NCBI GenBank assembly: GCA_013239625.1
Contig: MU054212.1
Coordinates: forward strand, 4,622,270 to 4,686,269
Source: Lama guanicoe
Lineage: Eukaryota
Length of the DNA: 64,000 nt
Reading direction: 5' to 3'
The notes below the pieces were generated by a model. That model was not told where the DNA came from. It ran no database searches and was given only the letters and a program-made list of their open reading frames with translations. Position numbers and translations under genes: made by a program. This document shows, in pieces, positions 25,085 to 38,200 of the stretch; the stretch's first letter is position 1; every line of letters begins with the position of its first letter.

Positions 25085-25500
25085 ACAAAAATTGCTCTAG
25101 ACATCTTGGAGGAGACAGATCTAATACAGGGGATGGGATGCTTACATCTGAAGAGCTAGCAGAACATAGGCCAGGGAGCAGCACTGCTGAATTTAACGCA
25201 ACTAGGAAGTACAGGTGTTGCAGGATATCATTGTTAACGGTCTCAGACTCCTGGAGCACTGAAGCGCGAGTCTCAAAGGAGATTTTCCAGGAAACTGATG
25301 AGAGCTTCATACACGTTCTTTGTTCACCCACTGCCTTGAAGCCTCTAAAGAAAGGAAAATATACATTCTTCTTTTCTTATTTTTGGTTCTCAAAACATTA
25401 CTTTCACTATTGCATTATAAAGTAGGACCCTGAAGGCAAAGGATTCTGGGAAATACAGTTTTTAGGATCCCAGACTCTGTGATGTAGGTGGCTTAGAATG
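25085..25500 (-). mobile_element. Ancient LTR (LTR78-like), second fragment
   Basis: TAATACAGGGGA..GCTTACA and GCAAAGGATTCTGGGAAATACAGTT motifs. Confidence 0.45.
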
Positions 25501-26777
25501 GCATTACATACATAAAACCTATAAAACTACTTTTAACACAACTTTGCATTTGTGTCATTTACATCAGTATTTTTCATATATTATCAGTGAGTTTGACTTG
25601 ACAATCCTGTGAAGTAATCATCCTAAAGTTGTTCATATTGTTGACCCACTTTTCTCCCCTCACTCAGAGACTCTAAATCTGTCCATCATCACCTGTACTT
25701 TGCTTTCCTCCAGTAGACTCCTAGTTCTCCCCACTTCAAGTATCATTTGTCCCAATCTATTCTCACTGAAGTCAGAGCAATATTTTAAATCATGAATCTA
25801 TGCCATTTTTTTTTTGCTCAAAATGTTCAAATTTCCCCAACGCTCTTAGGTTAAAGTAAAAACTTGTAAACACAGTCCATTAAATTTCATTGTTTGGACG
25901 TTGCTACTCTGTCCAGGCCAGCCATTGCCACAGTTTTGCATAATGCTCTTCATACGTCATAATTTTCCACTCACAACTACATGTAAAATTCAAGTTCCTT
26001 GATCAACTTTCCTCTTCTCTGATGTCATCCCTAATGCACTCTCTGTTGCCTCCCCACTGATTACTATCCTATGTCTGACCAACCCTTTAAACATGCATAA
26101 ATTCTCATCCAAATACTTTTTTTCCAACATTTGGATTCAACCGCAATCTTGACTGTCCCCATGCCTGCCAATTTCTCCTGCAGAGGACATCCTTCATTCA
26201 TGCCCACTCCCCTACCACATTGTCATACATGGAATCTGTATTTTCTTAACTCTCATTGCTACTACCCAAGCACTGCTGTTTGGCTCATGCAAAAACTTTC
26301 CTATCTTTGAATTTTCACCACGATTTATCATCCTTAGATAGTGTCATCTGCTGAGGCCCTTGGGCACAAGGATTACAGTGTTTTCATTTCAAATTCTCAC
26401 AGCCTTTATAATGATTTTCAAGGAATATTTGCCTATACCTCCTAGACAACTTATTCTTGTGGTTGTTTGAATTCCTGTGTTCCAGTTCTTCTAACGTCCA
26501 CCCTCCTTTAGACAACCATTCCCAAGGCCACAGCTGGATTTTATCCTCACATATTTTTATTAAATCCAATGCAATAAATTTCAAAATACTAATCTCTGAT
26601 CACAGCCTCCATTCATTTCAGCCTCTCACTTTATTACTTTCACTATATAGCATTTATATTTATTATGTCTTTGGATTTTCAACTCCTCCCTCAATTTTCT
26701 ACCATTCCCATTGCTTCTGTTTATTTCCTACAAATCCTAGCCTCAGTGGTAAATCACATCAATATTTTATTTGAAGT

Positions 26778-27046
26778 TTTCTTCTTTTTATATATTTTTA
26801 TTGAAGTATATTTACAATGTTGTGTCAATTTCTGGTGTACAGCACAAGACTTCAGTCATATAGGAACACATATATATATATATTCATTTTATATTCTTTT
26901 TCACCATACATTTCTACAAGATACTGAATATAGTCCCCTGTGTTATAAGTATAAACTTGTTGTTTACCTATTCTATATATATTAGTTAGTATCTGCAAAT
27001 CATGAACTCCCAGTTTATCCTTTCCCACCTCCTTCCCCCTCTGGTA
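26778..27046 (-). mobile_element. Young L1 3' end, same family as the 18427 copy
   Basis: TTTTTATTGAAGTA..TGTGTCAATTTCTGGTGTACAGCACAA is a near reverse complement of the 18427-18539 element. Confidence 0.88.
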
Positions 27047-27640
27047 CTCTTTGATTGCTTGTTTGGATTATTTTTCTAGCTTACTCATATCATTTTTGGC
27101 ATAAGCACCATAAAAAAATTCTTATAGCTTGCTCAATCAAGGCATCTACCTCCTCTCTTCAGGATGCTGAGACTTGCTAGACAAAATCATGCATCTTTAT
27201 AGATTAATGTTTCTACACATTTGCTTTTTTTATACTCACTGGACACTCAGTTCTACTAGCAATCATTTTACTTGCTTCTGTTCAACTTCTTGTCATTTCT
27301 CTTAATACCTCTTCAGATAGTCATTAAACATCTTAGCTAATCACTTTCCATTTCTCAGTCATCAAAATATCTTGCCTCCAAGTTATTTTGCCTTTTCTAC
27401 AAAGAACTTCTAGACTGGCAGGCATGAAGGCACATGGGTACCTCATCATATCCTGTGCCCCACAAATATAACTGTTTGAGTGTATATTTTCATTTTTCAA
27501 CCCCTTGATGAGTGGAAGAGATGATTCCTTTGCCTTTCAAAATTAATTCCCCACCTTATTTTTAAATATGATTTTATTAATCCTTCCTAAGTATTTTGCC
27601 CCCAAGAGTATCTTTTTCTTTTATACATCTGTTCTTTGAT

Positions 27641-27788
27641 CATTTGTTTGTTTGTTTGTTGGGGGGGTTACTAGGTTTGTTTGTTTATTTGTTTGTTTAT
27701 TTATTTTTACTGGAGGTATTGGGGATTGAACCCAGGACCTCGTGCATGCTAAGCACAAACTCTACCACTGAGCTATACCCACTCCCTC
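27641..27788 (-). mobile_element. tRNA-Ala-derived camelid SINE (Vic-1 type), best-preserved copy
   Basis: Minus strand reads GGGTATAGCTCAGTGGTAGAGTTTGTGCTTAGCATGCACGAGGTCCTGGGTTCAATCCCC (AGC anticodon remnant); TSD CTGTTCTTTGA/CTATTCTTTGA. Confidence 0.93.
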
Positions 27789-30700
27789 TATTCTTTGAAA
27801 TTCTTCCCTAAGACCCATATAGCCCCCTGGTTCCTCAACTATATTTTCAGTCTGTTCAATAGGCAGGCTTATTGAAGAAAGTCTTGACTAACTTTCATAA
27901 TGTTTTTACCGCCTATTCGCTTTTTGAAACAGAGAAATTTGGATTCTATGTCACCATTAGACTGCGTTATACTGTACATTAACATGGACTATTTAAAATT
28001 GTTCAGTGAAATGGCTGTTTCTATTTTATCTAATTTAAGCTCCTGTAACATTGACTCTGGTGTTCATACACTCCATGTAATTTATTTTTCTTGGCTTTAT
28101 GGACAACATTCCCTAGTTTTCCCTTTACAATCTCTTAGGGTTCTTATTTAACCTCTTCTGTGAATTCTTCTTTTTCCAGCCCCCAAAATATCAGGGGTCC
28201 CCCATGTTTCAGCATCAACTTGCTTTCTGTCCCTTATTCTGTATAATCTTTCTTATCATTTCACATGGTTTTAATTACTAACTACATGCCAATGATTTTC
28301 AAATCTGTTTTCTTTAGCCCAGACTTCTTTGGGCTTCAGGTTTTTATGTCAATTATATACTGAGTATCTGCAATTAAATGACTCACATATACTTCAATTC
28401 AATATGTCCTTAGATAAAATTGTTTCACCTTACCCAAACTTGTGATTTCTTTGGTGTCCATCTTTTTGAATAGCAAAACCCCAGACTTCACAAAAAACTC
28501 TTCATTCTTTATTTTCCTCACTATTAATTCCAGTTTCTTGTATTTCTTGATTTTGTTTTCTTCTCCAACACTTGTGTCATTTACTTATTCAAAATCTTAC
28601 TATTTTTTTGTGAATTTCTGAAACCCTCTTCTTCATGCTATTCATTTCTTTAAGCTTGTCTGATGCCTATCCATTTTCTATAGTTACTGGCATTTATTTT
28701 CTCAATAATCTCTGGTGTCATTTCCCTGCCTCATATCCTTTATTGGCTCTTAAGGTCTACAGATCAACATTTATCAGGCATGAAATAAACATCACCATTA
28801 ACTAGGCCCTTTCTAATCTCTTGCCACATCTCCTTCTCTGTTTACCAGGTATTCCCTTGAAATTGTATGCTCTTATGTGACTCAGGGATTCTGCACCCGT
28901 GGAGTCATATGTCAGGAATATCCTAACTGCTCCAATAGTAACTTGTGTTTCCATCACTCATAGCATATTTTATCTGCATGTTTTTCCATCAGATTCTAAA
29001 ACTTAAAAAAAAAACTATTTTTTCAAACATTTGTATTGTGTTTAGAACAGAGTAGTATTCCAACAAATTCAAATTTATTGAATATGCAAATGCAATGGAA
29101 AATTAAATGAGCAAATCCAAGATGCAAGAAATTACTCCAATCTTGTTGACAAGAGCCTCTCTAGTCTTTGTTTTTTTTGGTCACATATTGATACTGTTAC
29201 TGGAATGCTTAGATTACAGTGGCATAGCTTTCTATAGGACCATGTTTTATTTTTGCCATGCATTTAGTTACTCCAAAATATAACTTGAATGTTCAGTACT
29301 ATAAATGAGTTCCACTGTATTAACTTGATATAGATAAATTAATAATGCCAAATTATTCATGGGGTGCCAGCTGATCCTGTGCTCAATTTACAGTATATAA
29401 TTAGGTGGTGGTGAGTTTTTTGAAGGAAGTGGGAATTTACCAGTTTATATAATATTGTCTACTCAGAGTAAGATTAAAGGTAGTTACACATAAAAATCCA
29501 TTTGAACTCCCTGGTATTGAGTGAAAAAGAGGCTACAGCAGAAACATAAAGTGTTTCCTATGCGTCCCGTCCTCTTTTGTCTGGTGATTTATGGATGGCT
29601 AGGAACCATGATATATTTCCTCTCAATATCTCTGGAACTGTATCCTAGAGGATTTATTATGGTTTAAGATGCTGATTGCTTAACATTTCTAGTTCACTAT
29701 AGCATCCAATTAATTATATTGACTTAATTTGCATTATTTGTTCGAGAATCTATCACTCTGTCTTTGGGACATAATGAATATCATGTACCCACCTGCTTTT
29801 GTAGGGGCTATGGACTTACTTTTCCAAATATTAATGCACATGAACTGCTTTATGTTAGTTTTCATGTCACAAATCAAGTGCATGTGAATGTATTTATAAA
29901 TCTTATAAGATTTCACATTTGATTACATTTTATTACACATTTTAGAGAAAATTGCCCTAAAAAGACAAAAAAGGCTGAAGAACACTGCAAAAGCTCAGTT
30001 GCTCCACGCTCTCTTCCCAAGAGCCGCAGACAAGTTTAATCTTGGAAACTCTAACGTACGCTCACTGATAGCATGCTATTTATCACAGCTAAACAGAAGT
30101 CCTGCGTCCCACAGTTTAACCGAATCCCATTTTCATAGCACAACGGAGAGAGGTTTCCTCCCTTAGTACACGCACCGAATGTGTTATTGATTGTTTTTCT
30201 GCTGATCCTACGGGCACTGTTCCCGCTCGGGTCCCCTTTTGTTTCTCCAGCTTCCTGCAAGCCACATGGGTGATGCATTCACAATAGAGATTAGGTCATT
30301 CTCTTGTTAAGTTATTGTTTCTTTCAGTTACTAGGATATTTTTGCACTTTACAAATTCAGCAGCCTTTATGTTTCGCCCAAACAGCCAGAAACACTATTT
30401 TCCTTATTTGCCTCGGTGTCAAACCCCTATGGCACCAACTGTGTTTCCATTCCACATGCTTCTACTTATGTAGAGAACATTTACTAAGAGTCTTTCCATT
30501 GTTTTTAGCTTATTTATTGAGATAAATTAAATAATTCTCATTTTACATGGTCTTATTTTTTATTAAATAGACAGGAAACGTGGTTTAATAACATATGGAC
30601 TCAAAAGATACCTCATTCATAGGTTCTTAAAGGTATTATTGTTCTGTATCAACTTAATCATGTTGTCCAATTCATGATTAAAAAACCGTCATGATAAGGA

Positions 30701-31959
30701 GAAAGAGAACTCCTAAAATAGCTTTTGTTTCCTATCTTTAGACTTCAGTAACTGTCTGAAAAAGGAACGGATAAGCCTTTTCTATAGTCAGTTGAATTCT
30801 TCCCTTCTCATAGGTGGGAAGTATGCACCTCTAAAAGTCTGCAATAGTTTGGGTCAGTTTTCAGCACAAAGATTATGTTTATGTCAAAGCTCTGAAAGGT
30901 GGGGTCTCAAACACATGTGATGTTACAGAATGCCCTGTGGATAAGAGTTTGTGTTTACCTTCTCATAAAAATGAACAATCCCTGGCAGTGCCAGCACTGA
31001 AAGAAAACCCCATATCTAACAGAGCTCCATTTCTGGGGTAACCTGACTTCACATTCGAAGCAGGAAGGTCAGGATTTATAGTCAAACACTTTGAAGAAAA
31101 ATATACAAGAGGCGGAGGTGGGAGAAGGCACTGTAGAAAGCGTTTCAATTGCATGCTCTCGTTTCCTTCTGTAGGGTTTCTTAGACCGGATGACCTATGA
31201 TTGGGGAAGTACTACCATAGTCAGCCTTCACTCCTTGAGTGACTATTACTGATTCTCTTTTCACTTAACAGAGGCCCCAAAAGTTGCTTCTAGAAAAGTA
31301 CTGAAGCTTCTCCTCCAGCACTTCGCCCCTTGTCCCAGTTTGTACACTCAGACAGGCAACACCACAGTTGTCTAGGATACAGAGTACCTGGGAGAAGTGA
31401 CCTGAGTATCATACAGGCAGAATCTACGGTCTTTATATTATTAGATATGGTTGCCACTGTCAGCACAAAAATGAATAAAATATCATGCCAGTCCAAGGTG
31501 CATTCAAATACCTCAAGCTGTGTCATCTGGGGAGAGGTCACTCCAGGTCTAGTTCGCGTGTATTTTGCATAAAAGACAGCGTGGACAAAGGATGAAGCTA
31601 TTGTCACCTTTAATAGCTTTTAGTGTCATATAGTTATCCAGACAGGTACTTCCCCAGTTTATTCTCTGCTCTCTCATATTTACATTTCTGTCAATCATTC
31701 TTTTTCATTTTCTTTGTGTTCATTTTCGGAGAAAGACTGTCACACGCATTATGCCCATTAAATCTTCATGCTAGCAAGTTTCAGGTAACAATAATTTTCT
31801 TTGCACAACAGACTAAATGCCTTGACAAATTCCCCTGAGTTTTTCTGAGTTATATATTTCATACTTTGGAACAGCTGTTCTTTCAAAGACTCTCAACCTA
31901 AAATTTTAGTTAAAGAAATAGAAATTCTTCCTCAAAAACATTATTTTGAACATTAGACA

Positions 31960-32700
31960 GAATGGTCAGTGTAGCATTAAGGCACCAGACCACATAAGAC
32001 TTTGATGGCTGTGTTAAAGATTTCTATCACAGGAAATATTTGAAGCTTTTGATGAGATTTAATGGGAGAAATGTCTTCATTACATTTATGTTTTGAAATA
32101 ATCATCTTTGTCACAGAATGGACAATAAATTGGAGCATGGAAAAAGTGAAAGGAGGCTATTTCTTTCCAGGTTGGGGAAAAAAATCATAGTTTGATCTAG
32201 GTGACTGGAGGTGGAGATAAGTGGGTAAACTTAAGAATTAGAAATCAAGGGTTATAGGAAATTGTGATGGAACGAACGAGGGGCTCGGAAGCTGGGGTGA
32301 CTTCTAGGTTTGTGACTTGCAAAATGAGTGTATAAAGATGCCATTCACTGAAGTAGAGGACACTGGAGATCAGTGATAGTGTGGTACCAAGAGTTAAGGA
32401 TTGAAGTTATAAATTTGGAGTTATTGTCACATTAATGATAAAAGGGTCAGGTTTCCTAGAAAGAGATTATATTGAAACAACGACAAATCCTGGGATAGGA
32501 CATTAAGGAACTCCTATCCTTGGTATGGTTGGCTGTAAGACAGGAGACTTGAGTATATGTATAAATGTTATTGTGAAGAATGCAGTTAAGATATAAACAA
32601 GAAATTATTAACAAAGTCCTTTACAAGGTGGAAGGAGTTAGGATTCAAAGCACAGACAGAGGGTCAAGAAATGTTACATATGCCAGTGTAAAAACATATT
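31960..32700 (-). mobile_element. L2 remnant
   Basis: TGACTTCTAGGTTTGTGACTTG..GATGCCATTCACTGA and related antisense L2 motifs. Confidence 0.65.
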
Positions 32701-33914
32701 AATTAGTGACTTGTCTGAAGCATAAAAAGGGTTGTGTTTTTCCCACTTATTTTAGTTTTGTGACATTTGGTAAATTACTTAAATTTGCCATGTAACTTTT
32801 TCCCATGGTGACAGTATATAAGATTAAATGAGTTAGTATATGAAAAATAGTCCCAGGCACCAAGTGAGAAGCCAATAAATACCAGCTGTTTTATAGCAAT
32901 TTTAACACTGAATGGAAACGTTCTGCAGAATTGTTTTGTCTAAAGAGACACACAAATTTACTCATGTACCTGTGTTGCCCAGCTCAGTGCTTGGCACAGT
33001 CCATAATTTATGCCTGACGGTCGGAATTTAAATGTATTTCACAATCCGTAGGTAAGAAGTACAGTTTCCAGATACGAGTGGAAGGGATGTATGCAGCGAA
33101 TAGACTCTCAGTTCTAGGCAGTGGCTTATTGTAACTCTAAAATAAAGGAGGAAAATGTGCCCAGTTAAGAGCTGTGGAGGATATACTCAAACATCTTTTT
33201 TCCAGTGGTTTTCAATACTGAAAGTAGAAAGAGAAGAGTTTCATCATGCATTCAACAGAATTATGTGTGTTATTTCCCAACTGATGTCTGCAAAACTCTG
33301 CTAAACCTGTAACAAAGGGGAGTTTTTCTGCAGTCTTTTTAATCAATGTTATGATTGAATCATATTGGAAACAGAGTTTCAATTGACTGTTTAATTGATA
33401 AGAGGGCACAAAAGTTGCAAACAATCTCTAGCTAAGGGAAGGTCTTGTTGGTAAAATAGAGATGTGAATATGATTATGTTTGATTAGATTCGATTAAATT
33501 AGATTAGATTAAATTGTCACCTTGCCATTCTAAGATTGTCTCATATGGACTTGCTTGTTTATGACAGAGGCTTATTTATTAAATTCCTTCTTTCCTCTCT
33601 AGGTTCCCAGGATATTCTGTGGCAGCTATTCATAGAAAGCAGTCAACCGTATTATCAAAAAGTAGACATGTTTCCACATGGGACGATCTTACTCAGATAT
33701 TTTGACTTATTTTTAATATAGTTAATTAACCTGAATGTTATGGTTAATGAGATTTTCACTTCAATCATCTGTTGAGGAACATGCCTGCAGAAACTCTGTC
33801 CTAAAATATCCCTATTTTCCCAGAATTTCTGAGGAAATGGGAGAATATGCAGAAGCAGTAATCTCCCAGGAGTCCTACTGTACATTACAGGTGGTAAGAG
33901 TCTGACTGGATTTA

Positions 33915-33966
33915 TAGATAGATAAATAGCTAGGTAGCTAGCTAGATAGCTAGATGGGTAGGTAGA
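33915..33966. repeat. Degenerate (TAGA/TAGC)n tetranucleotide repeat
   Basis: TAGATAGATAAATAGCTAGGTAGCTAGCTAGATAGCTAGATGGGTAGGTAGA. Confidence 0.8.
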
Positions 33967-34878
33967 GATCAACATATGTTTATCAGTAGATCCATTTACA
34001 CAGAATAGATGAAAGCAATGATGCAATGATGTTAGGATAGACACTGTGTGTACTAGCTTCTCCCTGCAAATGAGAGTTCTCTGAAATCTAACAGGGACTA
34101 CAGTTTAGTGTTACACTGGATGAGTTCTATGTATAATTATACTATTATAAAACAAGATTTTTCAGAAGAGTTTAGAGGTCAACTTAGGGCTCTTTATCCT
34201 TGAGGTTTTCCTACTGTTTTTGTCCAGCTGCATCTGAATGCTGAAAGTTAGTGCAAAAATGAGGTTATGTTGTCCACTCACAGGACAATACATCTGCTTC
34301 TCTTTGTAGGGCATCAGGTTACACTCTAAGGGAGGGTAAATACAGAAAGTAAAATTAATGTGTTTCTCAGCAAATTGGGATAGCTAACTTTATACTACAG
34401 ATTGTTCAGAAATGCAGTGGAAGCAGAAATAAATTTTCTTTAATTAGTTAATTCTTAGTCATCTTTTAATCTCAACTTAGATATTACTTCCTCAAGGAAT
34501 CCAATTGCCAGGATTGGGTCAAGTTCATCTGCTATTTGAACCCGATGTAAGTGTTCATGGTATTTGTTTATCTGCCTTATTCCATATATAAATATATAAC
34601 TAAATGATCTTATGTAATTAGTTGTTACATGCTTGAATTCTTTACTAGATTGTTAGTCTATGTGGTGACTCATAAATTTGGGACTCCATGCATATCTATC
34701 ACATACAATAACAGACATGCAGACTAAATAGCAAGGCTTATTTTACTTAAAGACAAATTCTGTATTATATATGCCCCAGAAACTTAACACACTGCATTAA
34801 TTTAATAAATGAATGTGTATTGCTATATTTTCAATAGAAGAATCCTGCTATTTCTAATATGTTACAAAATTATAAATT

Positions 34879-35222
34879 CTGTGGGTAGAATAGTGTCTCT
34901 CAAAATTCACATCCACCTAAATTTCAGAATGCAACCTTATTTGGAAACGGTGTCTCTGCAGATGTGTTAGTAAGAACATTGAGATGATAAACTGAATTTA
35001 GAGTAGACAATAAACCTAATGACTAGTGTTCTTATGAGAAAAGGAGAGAACACAGAGGCACCGAAGAAGGGTCACGAACTGGACTTAAGCTGCCACAAGC
35101 CACAGAATGCTTATGGCCACCAGAAGCTCGAAGCAAATAAAGACTCCTCTGTAGACCTGATACCTGATTTCAGACTTCCAGCATGCAGAACTCTTGAGAG
35201 AATAAATGTCTGTTGTTTAAAG
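34879..35222 (+). mobile_element. MLT1C-like MaLR LTR lacking its U5 end
   Basis: CCTTATTTGGAAA, GCTGCCACAAGCCA, CACCAGAAGCT, AATAAA at 35201; similarity stops about 15 nt later and is followed by an A-rich run. Confidence 0.85.
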
Positions 35223-38200
35223 AAAAAATTAAAGAAATAAAACTCACTTGTTTTTCTCTCCTGAAATCAATATGTATTTTAAAAATAAATCACAAAAATA
35301 GACGTTTGTTATTAAGTAAATTAATTATTGTTCTTTTCTTCCTCTATCAAAATGTGCTCCCTGTTTCCACAGTAGTAAGTTGTACCAATTGAAAACTTGA
35401 GTTTAAAGGTCAGAATATAAAAGAGGTTCATATCCTGACTTTGAGAACAGTTTTCATTAAATAATAATGTTTTTAAAGTGTTTAATCCAATTCTTTTCAT
35501 ATGATATTTTTTCAATAAAATGGTAGCTGTTATGGTTCTAATAATACTGTGAATTTCTTGAGGCAAACATATCTGTATCCCCAGTATAGGAGTGACACAT
35601 AATGTGTTCAATAAATGTTTATTACATGAGTGAATAATTAAAAAAGCCTATTAAAGAAATGTAACAATCATTTAATTGTTTAATAAATTTGAACACTGCA
35701 AACAAGTGATCCAGATACTGGCATGCAAGAAGGATACCCTAACATAATATCTACTACCTGTGCATTTATTATATGCTAGGAACTGTTAAACACTTGGACA
35801 CATCCTAAGAAATGTATGAAATATGGGAGGTATATTTTTCTATTTTTAAGAAAGATAAGAAGATCTTGGAGTTTAAATGATTTTCTTGCAATTAAACAGG
35901 TAAGTACAGCAGTACTGGTATGTGAAGTCAGGTCAATGTGATGGACATCTCACACCTTTCCTTGTGTACTATATTAATTAAAACTACTCAAATGTTCTCA
36001 GTATTTTGCTCAATTATAACCAAAAAATTTGGGGGGGTGGGTGGAATAATTGGCCTAATAAGATGAATGTATGTGGAAGAATATTGGTGTCTCTCTCCCC
36101 CAAGTAGAGAATATTGGTTTTCTTACTATTCAACAAAAACAAAAGAAGCACAAACAAATATAAGAATTTTAAAAAGACACAACCTTTGAGAGGCAGGAAA
36201 TCTTGACTGATTCTTGTTCCAGTGCTAATACCAGCCTTTTGTTTGGCCTTGTGCTAATCTTACATGAGATATTTAATTACTGTTCAAAATAATAATAGTT
36301 ATCATTTGAAATTCCTCTTGGAATAAGTTCATAATTATTCTAAACTGAAGACGAGTTTGCTCTTACGAACTGTTGATCATCTAGAATAATCTTACAATCA
36401 AGAATATTTGAAATACTATGCCAAAACAGAAGTCTCTGAATGCTATTTAAACTAGAGTAATTAGCTTTGTATTTGGTTAAGAATTAAATATCCCACAGTG
36501 GCAAATATTAATGTTTCCCAGAAGAGGTTTTGCCTCTCAGAAAACCTGAGAACATTTATGCCTCATGTTTACAATACTGTCAAATCAACAATTTTATGGA
36601 TATTTTATTTTTAAATGACATTAATGATTCACAGACACATTTAGTTACATAGAAAAACATTGCAAAAATCATTGTTGGTTAAATGATGGAGAAAAACAAC
36701 AATTATTTTGTGGGCCAGTGATTTCACTGAAACAGCATTTTGATGCACCAAGATATATGTGTTGACTTAATAAACCATGGTAGGGGACTTTCAATAAGTA
36801 ATATTAACATGACCTTATTTGGGGATTTCAAAAAGGTTTCATTAGAGGTTTTTAATGAAAGTACCAGTTCAAGAGCCTTTATGTAAGGTTTGTGCAAACA
36901 AGAAAAAAAAAGCAATATGATTCAAAAGTTCATTTTTTTGGTAATATAACTATTACCTACACAGAAATAAAATATAAAAACATCTATATAGAATAATTTG
37001 CCAGAGATGATGTTAAAGTTTAATGAAAAAAATCAATTTCTAAACTTATATTCCGTTATTTTGAAAAAGAAAAAAATGTGGTGGCAAGTTTCAGTCTTCT
37101 CTAGGATTACATAGCTCTTCAGGGTTCCTACTCACCTGGGTCTTTTTGGGATCATGGCACTATGAAAAGGTATAAAATACAGGTGTAAAAAATTTTTTTG
37201 TAGGATGTGTAAATACAGAGAAAATACAGAGAAAAATTATCTTATATAACTAATATAATGTAATATAATATAATATTATATTATAAGGGTATCTTGATTT
37301 GGATCCTGGATCTAACACCTATTGACTTAATATCATCAGCTAAGTGATATAATTTGCACTTCAGAGTTTTCAGCAACCAAATAAGGATACTAAAAAAATA
37401 CTTCATAGGGATAGTGGGAGGAATGAAAGTGAACAAGTATAACAGAAACTTTATTAATTAACAACGAATACCATACAAATGTTGATGGTTTGTGGGGTTA
37501 TAATTCACTATCCATTGCTAGGAGTTCTGCTTTCTCTTTTGTTTGTTTGTTTGCTTCTTTTATAACAGAGTGGGGTGATGAGAAAGAAAGGTAGAAGACT
37601 AATTCCATGATCTGAAATTTGGTCACTGAGTGAACAGCCGGGCATGAGAAACCATTCTGTATCCTGGTGAGAAAGGAAGAATACTGGCCAAGATATGCTA
37701 GTGGTTGTACCCTGTCACTCCCCAGGACCTCTCAAAGCAAGATGAGAAATGTCCGGGGCATACACTGGAGGAGGCTGTACCCACCGTTTGTGCAGCGCAG
37801 TATTCCTCCTGCAGACCACCAGGAGTATTGCAAATAATGTCACTATTCTGTGGGCTAAAAATCCAATTTAAATTCATTTAAATCAGCCTTACTGTAGAAA
37901 AGCCACTTTCATTAAGCTTTATGGATATTAAATATACATTTTACTTGGAATGAAAGGAGCTAAGGTGTTTTATGTGCTAAAATATAAAGATAACAGAAAT
38001 GAAAAACTGCTTTTCATCTCTGAGCAAACTTGCCACATGGTGTTTTCTGGAATCTCACAGTTCTATATTCTACATAATATCATTTGGTCCATTACTTTAA
38101 TAAAAAGGTTCCCTTGAACAGCTACAATTGTGCTTTTTAGATCTAATGCTTTCTCTTTGCACATCTCCCTTATGGGGCTGTTCTGACCTTGACAGCTTCT

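Larger units (their letters stand above)
26300..29095 (+). mobile_element. Long L2 relic running from the endonuclease region to the 3' end, interrupted by L1 and SINE
   Basis: ORF 26457 contains HSQGHSW..ILISDHS (APE endonuclease H..GH.LD and SDH motifs); pyrimidine-rich L2 body; L2-like tail near 29050-29095. Confidence 0.65.

Noticed and set aside
23558..25500. Two LTR78-like pieces as paired LTRs of one provirus
   Set aside because: Low mutual identity and no primer-binding site or internal retroviral sequence between them
27710..27785. Functional tRNA-Ala gene
   Set aside because: It is a SINE head with an A-rich tail and TSD, present as three diverged copies
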